Origin: an uncultured Planctomycetaceae bacterium
GTDB lineage: Bacteria > Planctomycetota > Planctomycetia > Planctomycetales > Planctomycetaceae
Direction of reading: 5' to 3'
Length of the DNA stretch: 64,000 nucleotides
Assembly: GCA_963815195.1 (NCBI GenBank)
Contig: CAWFGE010000018.1
Coordinates: 192,001 to 256,000 of the forward strand
Of this stretch, positions 10,135 to 21,173 are shown piece by piece. Both the position numbers and the translations under genes were made by a program. Under the pieces are notes generated by a model that saw only the letters and a program-made list of their open reading frames with translations, was not told where the DNA came from and did not search any database. Numbering within the stretch: position 1 is the stretch's first letter; every line of letters starts with the position of its first letter.

Positions 10135-11093
10135 ATGTCCGGGCGACTGGTGTATTTGAACGGCGAGTTTGTCCCCGAATCCTGTGCGCGGATTTCGATT
10201 TTCGATTCGGCGCTCGTCATCGGGGACATGGCGTTTGAATCGACGCGGACGTTTCGCGGCGAGCCGTTTGAACTGGGCACGCATCTGGATCGGCTGTTCG
10301 GCACGCTCGAAATCCTGCAAATCGATTGCGGATTGACGAAAGCGGAACTCGAATCGATCACCCGCGAAGCCTTGGCCAAAAACCGCGGGACGGAACCCGC
10401 GGAAATGGAATGGCAGATCGTGCACAACATCTCGCCGGGACCCGCGGCTGTTTACCGGGCGGCGTTTTCCGAAGACGACCGGCGGCCGACGGTGTGCATC
10501 AATTGCTGGCCGTTGATTTCCCAACTCGCGGCGACGGCTCCGCTCTATGAACAGGGCGTCCGATTGGTGATTCCGGCACAACGCGCGCTGCCGCCGAGCC
10601 TGATTGACCCCGCGCGAAAACCCGCAGCCGGGTGCATACAAAGCTCGCGCAACTCGAGGCCCAAGCAATTGATCCCGGCTCGTGGCCGTTGTTATTGGAT
10701 GTGGAGGGTTACCTCGCGGAAGGGCCGGCGTGGAATGTTTTTTTCGTCAAAGACGGTCGGCTGTTGACGCCTTCCACGCGGAATGTGCTCCCCGGCGTGA
10801 GCCGCACGATCACCTTGACCCTGGCCCGCGAGTTGGGGATTCCCACGGCGGAAACCGACCTCACGCCGCACGATGCGCGCACAGCCGAGGAGATGTTCTG
10901 CACCGCGACGTCGTTTTGCGTTTTGCCCGTGCGTACTTTTGAAGGCCAAGTCCTGGGCAAAGATCTTAAAGACCGTCCCGGCCCGATCACCCGGCGACTC
11001 ATCGAAGCCTGGGCACGGCACGTGGGCGTGGATTTCATCGCACAAGCGCAACAGTTCGCCCGCGACCTCCCCGCCTGGCAGAAGAAAAAATAG
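10135..11093 (+). CDS. Class IV PLP aminotransferase (IlvE/PabC-like), frameshift near 10625
   Basis: VYLNGEFVP, ISIFD..GD..FESTRT, HLDRL, AEGPAWNVF, LPGVSR, EEMFCTAT. Confidence 0.9.
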
Positions 11094-11312
11094 AGCCGCG
11101 CACGCAGTAAGCGGTAATGCGAAAAAAAATAGAGCCGCGCACGCAATAAGCGGTAATGCGAAAAAAATGGAGCCGCGCACGCAGTAAGCGGTAATGCGAT
11201 GAAAAAATAGAGCCGCGCACGCAGTAAGCGGTAATGCGAAAAAAAATAGAGCCGCGCACGCAGTAAGCGGTAATGCATGAAAAACAAATCCGCTTACTGC
11301 GTGCGCGGCTCT
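11091..11312. repeat. Tandem array of five direct ~39-bp REP family A units plus one inverted unit
   Basis: TAGAGCCGCGCACGCAGTAAGCGGTAATGC at 11091, 11130, 11168, 11208, 11247; inverted copy 11290-11312. Confidence 0.92.
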
Positions 11313-11322
11313 TTCAGGAAAT

Positions 11323-11826
11323 CTATTTCATTTCGGCCGGCTTCTTTTCTTCGATCCCCGCGAGGCGGTTGCGTTCCAGGAACGCTTGTTTGAGCCGGGC
11401 GATGGGGTACATGCGGATGACCTTGTTTTTGTAGGTCAATTGGCCCTCGGCGTTGCGGGTGATGTCTTTTTGAATGTCCGGGAGTGCCAGTCCCGCGTAG
11501 AGGGCGGCGAAGGTTTCCGGATCGACGCCGCGTCCGGTTTCCAGGTCGGCCATCGCATTGACGCCGCCGATGGAAATGGCAAACACGTTCGTGCCTTCGG
11601 TGGCGAGCTTGTAGCGGCCTTCATTGGCGAGCGCTTCCCGGGCCCCTTCCAGGGCTTTGAAGGCGGTGTCGAGTTTTTCCTTGGCGTCTTTCCCCAAGCC
11701 CTGACCGTTGTCCGGAGCCTGAGCCTGGGCGTGGACGGGCCGGGACTCCAAGAGTCCCTGGCTTCCCAGAACATAACCCAGGCCCACCAAGGCCAACGCC
11801 GCCCCGACTCGCATCAACTTGCGCAT
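11323..11826 (-). CDS. Secreted hypothetical protein
   Basis: Signal peptide ending VHA-Q; GGVNAMADLETGRGVDPETFAALYAG; GGAG RBS. Confidence 0.8.
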   Translation of the reverse strand: MRKLMRVGAALALVGLGYVLGSQGLLESRPVHAQAQAPDNGQGLGKDAKEKLDTAFKALEGAREALANEGRYKLATEGTNVFAISIGGVNAMADLETGRGVDPETFAALYAGLALPDIQKDITRNAEGQLTYKNKVIRMYPIARLKQAFLERNRLAGIEEKKPAEMK

Positions 11827-11970
11827 GGTTGTCTCCTCATCGTGTTCGATGGATCATGTTGAGAATGGTACGGAAATCGGGCCGCCGGTTTTGCCAGCAT
11901 CCCAACTTACCATCGTGTCGGCTAGTGCGACATCATGCAAGAGGACGCGAGATTTTGCCGGTCCCGGCCG

Positions 11971-12222
11971 TCACGCGGCCCGGCGGACGGCGGCTGCCGC
12001 GGGAACGGCCGGATGGGCGCTCCCGAGCGATTTGGCGCGGCTCGACAGCGGATCGGGCATCCGCAGGGTTTGGGGCTCGGTGGGTTCGGGGGACTGGTGC
12101 GACCGCTGGAAGAACCGGCCGACATAATAGCTGAGGGACATCATCGTGCCCGTGACCAACAGGGCTGTAAAACATCCGAGCAGTGCCGTTTGGTCGTCGC
12201 TCAAGCCGTGAAAAAGTTCCAT
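11971..12222 (-). CDS. Small single-TM hypothetical protein
   Basis: MELFHGLSDDQTALLGCFTALLVTGTMMSLSYYVG..RRAA; AAGGAG upstream. Confidence 0.55.
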   Translation of the reverse strand: MELFHGLSDDQTALLGCFTALLVTGTMMSLSYYVGRFFQRSHQSPEPTEPQTLRMPDPLSSRAKSLGSAHPAVPAAAAVRRAA

Positions 12223-12620
12223 GGGCCTCATTGCTCCTTGGAAAAAACAGGGGGCGGATCCGTCACATCCGGGATTGCGAACGCAAAAGACGGATTCTCT
12301 CCTTGAGATCTTCGGACAACGATCCCATTCGCCTTCACTCGCATTCCGTCGGCGGCGAATGATCCGGCCGGCCGTAGTGGTTCCGTTCCATCCTGCGGCC
12401 TCTCCCCAATGCGCCGCCGGGACCGATCTTGCCGTGTTTTCGCAGTTTACGGGTTTCGATGGATGCGTCTCGCAAAAGTCCGCCCGAATTTCGGTGGCGC
12501 GGCCCTGCGACCGCGCGCAGCCCAATTTTCTTTGGTTTTGCGTGCATGTTTCGCGGAGTTTTGCCATGATGAGGGGATGGCAATCGAATTTCGCGAGGTT
12601 GATGGCGGAGGATCACGGCG

Positions 12621-13028
12621 GTGATCGTGGGGTTGGGGACCGATATTGTCGAGATCGTGCGGATCGGGCGGATGATCGAGCGGCACGGGGAACTGTTCCT
12701 CAACCGCGTCTATACGCCCGAGGAAATCCGCTACTGCCAGAAGCGCCGCGAATCGTTCCAGCATTACGCCGGCCGCTGGGCGGCAAAGGAAGCGGCGATG
12801 AAAACCCTCGGCACCGGCATGGGCCGCGGCGTGAGTTGGCAGGACATCGAAGTCTGCTCCCTCAAAACCGGACAACCGACGTTGAACATTCGCGGCGGAG
12901 CGCGGGACTTCGCGGAGAAGCTGGGGATTGATGAGATCCTCATCACCATCTCCCATTGCCGAGCCTACGCCACCGCGACCGCCATCGCCGTCCGCCGAGA
13001 AGCCGAGCGAGGGGCCTCAGCTCCATGA
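12621..13028 (+). CDS. acpS: Holo-ACP synthase
   Basis: GLGTDIVEIVRI, AGRWAAKEAAMKTLGTG, ITISH. Confidence 0.96.
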   Translation: MIVGLGTDIVEIVRIGRMIERHGELFLNRVYTPEEIRYCQKRRESFQHYAGRWAAKEAAMKTLGTGMGRGVSWQDIEVCSLKTGQPTLNIRGGARDFAEKLGIDEILITISHCRAYATATAIAVRREAERGASAP

Positions 13029-13113
13029 TCGTATCGATAAAGAATACCTTTTGATGCCCGGGGAAGATCACCGAAGGCTGGCCGGCGCGCCGGTTGGATT
13101 GGGAACTTAACAA

Positions 13114-14491
13114 ATGCAATTACTCGCAGAGCGACTGGCGAAATACGCGGCTTCGCTGAAGTACGAACAACTCGGCGACCAGACGGTCCACGAAGTTCGC
13201 CGGCGGTTGATCGACTCCTTCGCTTGCGCACTCGGGGCTTACCGGGCGGAGGCTCCGCAAATCGTCCGCCGATTGGCCACCAGCATCACGGCCGATCCCG
13301 GGGCGCGGTATCTGGGCGGCGGCAATCACCGCACCAGCCCGGAACTCGCCGCGTTCATCAACGGCGTCTTGTTTCGCTATCTGGATTACAACGACACGTA
13401 TCTGTCCCTCGAACCCGCGCATCCCAGCGACAACCTCGCGGCGATCATCGCGGCCGCCCAAGTCGCCGGGGCATCCGGGAAAGAGGTCATCACCGCGGCG
13501 GTGATCGCTTATGAAATCCAATGCCGGCTCTGCGATGCCGCGAGCATCCGCGCCCGAGGTTGGGATCATGTGACTTACGGTGCCTTCTCCGCAACCGCGG
13601 CGGCGGGGCGATTGTTCCGGCTCAAACCCGACCAACTGACAGAGGCCTTGAACCTCGCCGGCACGCCCAACATCACACTCCGCCAAACGCGGGCGGGGGA
13701 ACTCTCGCATTGGAAAGGCTGCGCGTTCGCGAATGCGTCCCGCAATGCCGTGTTCGCGGCGAGATTGGCGGCCGAAGGCCTCACCGGGCCCGCTCCGATC
13801 TTCGAGGGCGAGATGGGTTTCTTCCGCCAGGTCTCCGGTGCGTTTGAACTGCCCCCGCTGGGCGGCGAGTCGGACGCCAACCCCGACGACTTTATGATTA
13901 ACAAGACCTCGATCAAATTCTGGCCGGCGGAATATCATTCCCAAAGCGCGATCCATGCAGCGCTCGAGCTTCGCCCGCAGATTTCCGATGTCTCGGCCAT
14001 AAAGTCGATTGTGATTGAATCCTTCGACGCGGCAGTGGACATCATCGGCAAGGACCCGGAAAAATGGAGGCCCAAGACCCGCGAAACCGCCGACCACAGC
14101 CTGCCCTATTGCACCGCCGTCGCTCTGATGGAAGGCGATGTGACTTTATCATCTTTCGACGAGGCCCATCTCAAGAACAAGGCCCTGTTGGATCTGGTGG
14201 CGAAGATCGAAGTCCGCCGGGATGCGGAACTCACGAAGCGCTATCCCAAAGGCATCCCCAACCGCATCACCGTCACGATGAAGACCGGCGACACCGTGAC
14301 CGCCGAAAACGAGTTCCCCAAGGGCCACGACCAAAACCCGATGACCGATATGGAACTCACCGAAAAATTCCACCGCCTCGCCGAGGGCGTGTTAAAACCA
14401 GGCGGGGCCGAAGCCATCCTCAGCCGCGTGCTGGCATTTGGAGGAGCAGGAAACGCTGGATGGGCTGCTCGGGCAGTTTCCCGTTGCCTAA
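13114..14491 (+). CDS. prpD: MmgE/PrpD family 2-methylcitrate dehydratase; late frameshift near 14430, likely true stop 14491
   Basis: RYLDYNDTYL..HPSDN, GWDHVT, ELSHWKG, KFWPAEYHSQ, RETADHSLPY. Confidence 0.88.
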
Positions 14492-14626
14492 CTAATGATT
14501 CGACGCTTTGCAGCTTATTCCCAATGAATTGCTGGAATTCGACGCGAACCCCCTCCGCGGAGATCGAGTCTAAAAGGCAAAGCGGCAATCGTATAAGTTG
14601 CCAAGGTGTAACCGTCTTCGTTCCAT

Positions 14627-15322
14627 GTGGGAGTCAGGGTTTCGATTATGTCGGATGCTCGAACTTTGAAGAAGGGCATGAAGCTGTTTGTTGAAGGGAA
14701 CAATCATGGCAGATTCTTGCACTTGCATCACGCGGTTATGTCATCGCAGATTTATCCGCCGCTTCCGGGGGCTTTCAAACTGGCGGCTGACATAATCCTT
14801 GACGCGCACCTCGCCGCAAAAGGCTCGCACAACGATCGTTTGCTTTTTCCAGTGCTGTATCTTTATCGGCATTGCGTGGAATTGAAGCTGAAGGACTTGC
14901 TGCTGCTCGGAATCCGCACTGGATTCTTCCACGGGGCGGCTGCAGACAGCATCCTGGATGAAGATAAAGGAATCATTCGCCAACACCGCCTATGCGCATT
15001 GTGGAACAAGGTGAGAGATTTTCTCGCGCACAGCTATCCAAACGACTCGCAAGTGAAAGTCGCGGAGTCCATGATCAGCGAGCTACACCAGATCGACAAG
15101 GACGGGCAAACCTTGCGATACGATCGTGTCAAAGGTACGCTTCAACTCCGACGGCCGAAATACAGGCATCTCGGCGATGTTGAGTCACACCCCGTTTACA
15201 ACATTCGCGAGACCATCGACATCGCGAATCTGCGGCGGTCGATGGACTGTCTCTATGCGTACCTTGAAAGCGGTTACGATGGCATCCTTGACTGGTGGGA
15301 CGCAACCCAAGATGCGATGTAA
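14627..15322 (+). CDS. Hypothetical protein with HEPN-like motifs
   Basis: FPVLYLYRHCVELKLK..HRLCALW..IDKDGQTLRY; AT-richer than flanks; start uncertain. Confidence 0.6.
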   Translation: MGVRVSIMSDARTLKKGMKLFVEGNNHGRFLHLHHAVMSSQIYPPLPGAFKLAADIILDAHLAAKGSHNDRLLFPVLYLYRHCVELKLKDLLLLGIRTGFFHGAAADSILDEDKGIIRQHRLCALWNKVRDFLAHSYPNDSQVKVAESMISELHQIDKDGQTLRYDRVKGTLQLRRPKYRHLGDVESHPVYNIRETIDIANLRRSMDCLYAYLESGYDGILDWWDATQDAM

Positions 15323-15345
15323 GGGCGAATCCAGCTCTAAACCTG

Positions 15346-16074
15346 TCAGTTTTCAATCTTCATGGCCGTCACGACCAAAACATACGAGCCGTCAAAATCC
15401 TGCGACCAAAGTTGCAGATTTCCCTGCTTGTCAATCAGGTAATAATCGTCACCTGCGCGCGTCCGGGTCGCCTTCATAAACTTCCGTCCGTCATTTGAGG
15501 CTTGTTCCACCATCTTGTCTTTGCTTACGCTGCCATCACGAAATGTCTTTTCCATAAACACTGATCCATCTTGCGAAAAGATCGTGACTCGACCTGGCAA
15601 CGGTTGCTCTTCCTGAATCCATATGCCGACTATTTCGCGCGACGGGTCAGAAACTGTTTCGGGCGGCCCATTTTCTTGCTCAAGCGGCAATCCCAGAATG
15701 CGAACCTCAAGATTCGGATTGAAATGCGTCGTGGCCCAGTAACCGGCGTTGACTTTCATGCCCGGCAGGTAATACCCGACGAAAGTTCTCTCGTAATTTG
15801 ACGAATCTTGATTCTTAATTTTGTTTCCAAGTGCCTCCAAAACTTCCTTCGAGACTTTCCGATTCAGCCGAACGTCGACACTCCGTTTCATCTCTGGGAT
15901 TTTTTCCTCGTTGATGACCGTATACGTGACGTCGGTCGGAATGGCGGATTCGTGTGTGACCGATTCCACATTTTGAATACTCTGAGCAGACTTATCTTTC
16001 GCCGACGAGCACGACAATATAATGAGGACGGGCACCAGGAAAAGCATCTGGAGTCCAGTTTGTGTTTTGCTCAT
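15346..16074 (-). CDS. Hypothetical lipoprotein
   Basis: Hydrophobic leader with ILSC; KRSVDVRL..YERTFVGYYLPGM..YWATTHFNPNLEVRILG. Confidence 0.7.
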   Translation of the reverse strand: MSKTQTGLQMLFLVPVLIILSCSSAKDKSAQSIQNVESVTHESAIPTDVTYTVINEEKIPEMKRSVDVRLNRKVSKEVLEALGNKIKNQDSSNYERTFVGYYLPGMKVNAGYWATTHFNPNLEVRILGLPLEQENGPPETVSDPSREIVGIWIQEEQPLPGRVTIFSQDGSVFMEKTFRDGSVSKDKMVEQASNDGRKFMKATRTRAGDDYYLIDKQGNLQLWSQDFDGSYVLVVTAMKIEN

Positions 16075-16223
16075 GGCTTGACTCCCGAAAATCGTCGGTC
16101 GATCATTGTCGCTCGAAACAAACATCCATCCAAGGTCCTTTTTCGGATGTTAGTGCCGATTTGTCAATCGACCCGCCTAACCTCACGGTCGAAAAAGTTA
16201 AGGGATTTCCGCAAATGGCTGGT

Positions 16224-16252
16224 TTGACGCGGGCAAGGTCACTCCATAAGAT
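16224..16252 (+). promoter_or_regulatory. Putative sigma70 promoter of rpsB-tsf
   Basis: TTGACG-17 nt-TAAGAT. Confidence 0.6.
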
Positions 16253-16449
16253 ACAAAATCCTCACGTCTGAGGGGGCAGGCCGCGTTTGTTCGGCGCGAA
16301 ATCTGCCACGTTGGAGCCGCCGCTGGGGCGGTTTCGTTTTTTTCTTTTTCTTGTTTGTTGGTGCATCGGAACGGTCCCATTATCTCTTTGTGGCCAAAGG
16401 GTTTACGAAGAGGGGACTGTGCTGGACCCCCATTTTAGGAGACAGTTGG

Positions 16450-17187
16450 ATGCCGGAGATTGGGATCAAGGACATTCTCGACGCTGGAGTGCATTACGGG
16501 CACAAAACCAGCCGTTGGAACCCGAAGATGCGGCCGTACATTTACGGCCGGCGAAACCTGATTCACATTATTGACATCAAAGAAACCGTGCGCGGCTTGA
16601 TCCGGGCGCAGAAGTACCTCACGAAGGTCTCGTCGCAAGGGAGCCTCATTTTGTTCGTCGGCACCAAACGCCAGGCCGCCGACCCCATCCGCGAAGCCGC
16701 CGAAACCTGCCGCATGCCTTATGTGACCGAACGCTGGCTGGGCGGGACGCTGACCAATTTCCGCACGATCCGCAGCCGGCTGGAACGGCTGGAAGAACTC
16801 GAAAACCTGAGGGAAACCGGCCAATTGGAGGCGTTCTCCAAGAAGATGCAGTCCACTTTGAATCGGGAATACCGCAAGATTTACCGGAACCTCAACGGCA
16901 TCCGCCACATGAATCGGCTGCCGGAAGCGTTGGTCGTCGTCGATCCCAAAAAGGAAAAGAACGCCGTCCACGAAGCGCACCTGATCGGGGCGAAGATCGT
17001 GGGGCTGATCGATACCGATTCCGATCCGGACGAGGTGGACCTGCCGATCCCCGGCAACGACGACAGCATCCGCTCCATCCGGCTGATGTTGGACTACCTT
17101 GTCGATTCCATCAAGCGCGGCCGCACGTCGCTGCCCGAAGAACCCACAAAACCCGCAGACGAACCGAAAGCGATTCCGTCGCTCTAA
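16450..17187 (+). CDS. rpsB: 30S ribosomal protein S2
   Basis: [46 protein letters not shown]. Confidence 0.98.
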   Translation: MPEIGIKDILDAGVHYGHKTSRWNPKMRPYIYGRRNLIHIIDIKETVRGLIRAQKYLTKVSSQGSLILFVGTKRQAADPIREAAETCRMPYVTERWLGGTLTNFRTIRSRLERLEELENLRETGQLEAFSKKMQSTLNREYRKIYRNLNGIRHMNRLPEALVVVDPKKEKNAVHEAHLIGAKIVGLIDTDSDPDEVDLPIPGNDDSIRSIRLMLDYLVDSIKRGRTSLPEEPTKPADEPKAIPSL

Positions 17188-17193
17188 TGAAAT

Positions 17194-17340
17194 GGCGAGC
17201 GGGGGGCGTCAGCCCCCTGATGTCTCACGTTCGCTTCAGCGCACCCCCGCTTGCGTTGTTTTCGGGTTATTACGGTTCAAGACTCTTTACACATCGTACA
17301 CATCTCGGCGAGATCATGGGGCTGACGCCCCACGCTCGCC
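17194..17340. repeat. REPIN-like doublet, family B (GGCGAGCGGGGGGYGTCAGCCCCC)
   Basis: Inverted arms at 17194-17220 and 17313-17340. Confidence 0.8.
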
Positions 17341-17373
17341 ATGCTCGGAACTTTACAGAGGAGACCGATTGTC

Positions 17374-18210
17374 ATGGCTGAAATCACGGCGGCGGCAGTC
17401 AAACAACTCCGGGAGATCACCGACCTCCCGATGATGGAATGCAAAAAAGCCCTCGTCGAAGCCGGGGGCGATCAGGACAAGGCCATCGAAATCCTCAAAG
17501 AGAATTTCAAAAAGGTCCAGGTCAAACGGGCGGCCAACGAAACTTCCGAGGGGCGGATTTTCGTGGCGACCAAAGACGACGGCAGCGAAGCCGCGCTGGT
17601 CGAAATCCAATGCGAATCCGCTCCGGTCGCGACGGGGGCGTCGCTCGAAGAGTTCGGCACCCTCTGCGTCAAGCAGCTTTTGGAAGGTCCCGGAGCCAAA
17701 ACACCCGAAGAACTCTTGAGCCAACCCGCTCCGGCCGGCAGCGGCAAAACGCTCAATACCTTGTTTGAAGAAATGGTCAACAAAATCCGCGAGAAGATCG
17801 TGATCCAAAACGTGGACCGCGTGGACGGGCCGGTCGGCGTGTATGTGCACCACGACGGCAAAACCGGCGTGTTGTTCCAGGCGACAGGCGAAGCGTCCGA
17901 TCCTAGGGTCCTGCGGGATGTCGCCATGCACATCGCGGCGCTCCGGCCGGATTACGTCACCCCGGAAGGCGTGAGCCCGGACGAAGTCAAAGCCGAACGC
18001 GACCGACTGACCGCGGAAGCCAAGGCCACCGGCAAGCCGGACAACATCATCGACAAAATCGTGGACGGCCGGATGAAGAACTTCTTCATCGAAAAGGGCG
18101 TCCTCGAATACCAGCCGTTCGCCAAGGATGATACGAAGTCCGTCAGCCAGGCCCTCGCGGAAAACGGCTTGAAGGCGAAATCGTTCGTCCTGCGGAAGAT
18201 CGGAGCCTAA
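17374..18210 (+). CDS. tsf: Elongation factor Ts
   Basis: [50 protein letters not shown]. Confidence 0.97.
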   Translation: MAEITAAAVKQLREITDLPMMECKKALVEAGGDQDKAIEILKENFKKVQVKRAANETSEGRIFVATKDDGSEAALVEIQCESAPVATGASLEEFGTLCVKQLLEGPGAKTPEELLSQPAPAGSGKTLNTLFEEMVNKIREKIVIQNVDRVDGPVGVYVHHDGKTGVLFQATGEASDPRVLRDVAMHIAALRPDYVTPEGVSPDEVKAERDRLTAEAKATGKPDNIIDKIVDGRMKNFFIEKGVLEYQPFAKDDTKSVSQALAENGLKAKSFVLRKIGA

Positions 18211-19385
<1,175 letters not shown>

Positions 19386-19888
19386 TGATCGCGGTCAACG
19401 ATTGGAGCACGCAAAAGCGAAAAAGCTGGCGGGGATTGTCAAATGCATCGGTCATGATGGCTGGTCCTCGTGGAGAAAGAAATCGCCTGGAAGAGATTGT
19501 GCTTCACCGGTTGCGATCGGGCCGAAACATCCGAGACCCACAGCAAGTCTAGAGAAGGTTTTCGCGGCAGGCCAAAGAGATTTTCCCGATTTCCTCTCGA
19601 ATTCTCAAACGTGGCATTTCGGCAACATCCTCTGTGGCAAACGCGAAACATCGCGTGGCGGTTGCAACGCAAATCGAGACTGCCGAAACGAAACGTCGCC
19701 GCCCGGCGACGGGATTCTCCCGATCGATCGCCTGGTTTTTTGCCGGAATTGATCGGAGACCTCGCCGCGGCATTCACGCGTACCGGTCGGGAAACATGGC
19801 CGTCCAGTCTGTGGAAAATCGCGGTTTTGCGTTACACTATCTATTGTTTTGATCGGGCGTTCCCAAACAATGGCGGAGCTGAAATCCC

Positions 19889-21170
19889 ATGATGCGTTTT
19901 ACCCAAAACCGGCGGACGTTTTTGAAGGCCGCCGGCGTTTGCATCGCGCTGCCGATGTTCGAGTCGCTGCCTCGCTTGGGCGCGGCCGGGAAGAAAACCC
20001 AAGCCCCCCGGCGGATGGTCTGCATTGGGAACGAGTTCGGCATGTATCCCGGCGCATTCTGGCCGAAGTCTTTCGGGGCCGACTATGAACTGACCCCGCT
20101 CTTAAAACCGCTGGAACCACACCGGCGGGAGATGACGCTGTTCTCGCATCTCGACCACGGCCAGAAGGGCGGGCACTTTGCTGTGCATACGTTTTTGACG
20201 GGCGTGAAATCGTCGGACGCCAAGGGGATGCCCGAAGGCGGGATCAGCGTGGACCAGCGGGCGGCGGAGTTCGTCGGCTCGCGGACGCGATTCCCTTCGC
20301 TGACCGTCGGCTCGGAAAGCGGACTGCACGGCGGCTGCATGATCGAGCTGGACCCGCACAGGCACCCGCATTCCGCCGATCTCCGGCCCGCGGGAACTGT
20401 TCCGGGCCTTGTTTGTCGAAGACGATGCCGACGCCAAACAGAAGGCCGCCGACCGGATTCGCCTTCAAGGCTCCATCCTCGACGCGGTCCAAGGCGATGC
20501 GGACTCCCTCAAACGCCGGTTGAACAAAGCCGACACCGACAAGTTGGAGGAATACTTCGCGGCCGTCCGCGATGTGGAAGTCAAACTGGAACTCGACACA
20601 CACTGGCAAAAAGTGCCCAAGCCGAAGACGGGCTATCCCGAACCGCAAAACCAAGGCCTGACCCGCGACCTGCCCGCCATTTATGATTTGATGGCCCTCG
20701 CGATCCAGACCGATTCGACCCGCGTGGCCACGCTGGAAATCGGCGGCAGTTTCGCGGCGTCGGATTTGGGCATCCGCAAAGGCTATCACAGCCTGTCCCA
20801 TCACGGGCACGTCCCGGAAAACATCGACCTGTTGGTCGAGATCGAAGAATACCAGATGGCCCAGTTCGCCCGCTTTTTGGACAAGCTCAAATCCCTCCGC
20901 GATCCCGAAACCGACGGCAGCCTCTTGGACCGCACGATGGTCCTGTTGGGCAGCGGCATGGGCAACGCCAACTCCCACACGAACACCGATCTGCCGATCC
21001 TCCTCGCAGGCGGCGGCTTCAAGCACGGCGAGCACAAACAGTATCCCCAAGACAGCCGGAAGCGCGTGCCGTTGTGCAATCTGTACGTCTCGATGCTCCA
21101 ACAATTCGGCGTCGAAACCGACCGCTTCAGCACCGCCACCGGCACCTTGACCGGTTTGGAGCGAGCGTGA
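19889..21170 (+). CDS. DUF1552 family protein (Tat signal), frameshift near 20340
   Basis: NRRTFLKAAGVCIALPMFES, ISVDQ, TRFPSL, TDSTRVAT, YHSLSHH, GSGMGNANSH..LPILLAGG. Confidence 0.88.
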
Positions 21171-21173
21171 GCC

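Noticed and set aside
10692..11287. Repetitive minus-strand ORFs (FFSHYRLLRARLY repeats)
   Set aside because: They are translations of the REP tandem array
11091..11312. CRISPR array
   Set aside because: Linkers are 8-10-nt A-runs rather than unique spacers, no cas genes are present, and the unit recurs elsewhere as REP doublets
14492..14694. C-terminal extension of PrpD (526-aa ORF)
   Set aside because: Artefact of a late frameshift; the shifted frame ends WHLEEQETLDGLLGQFPVA* at 14491
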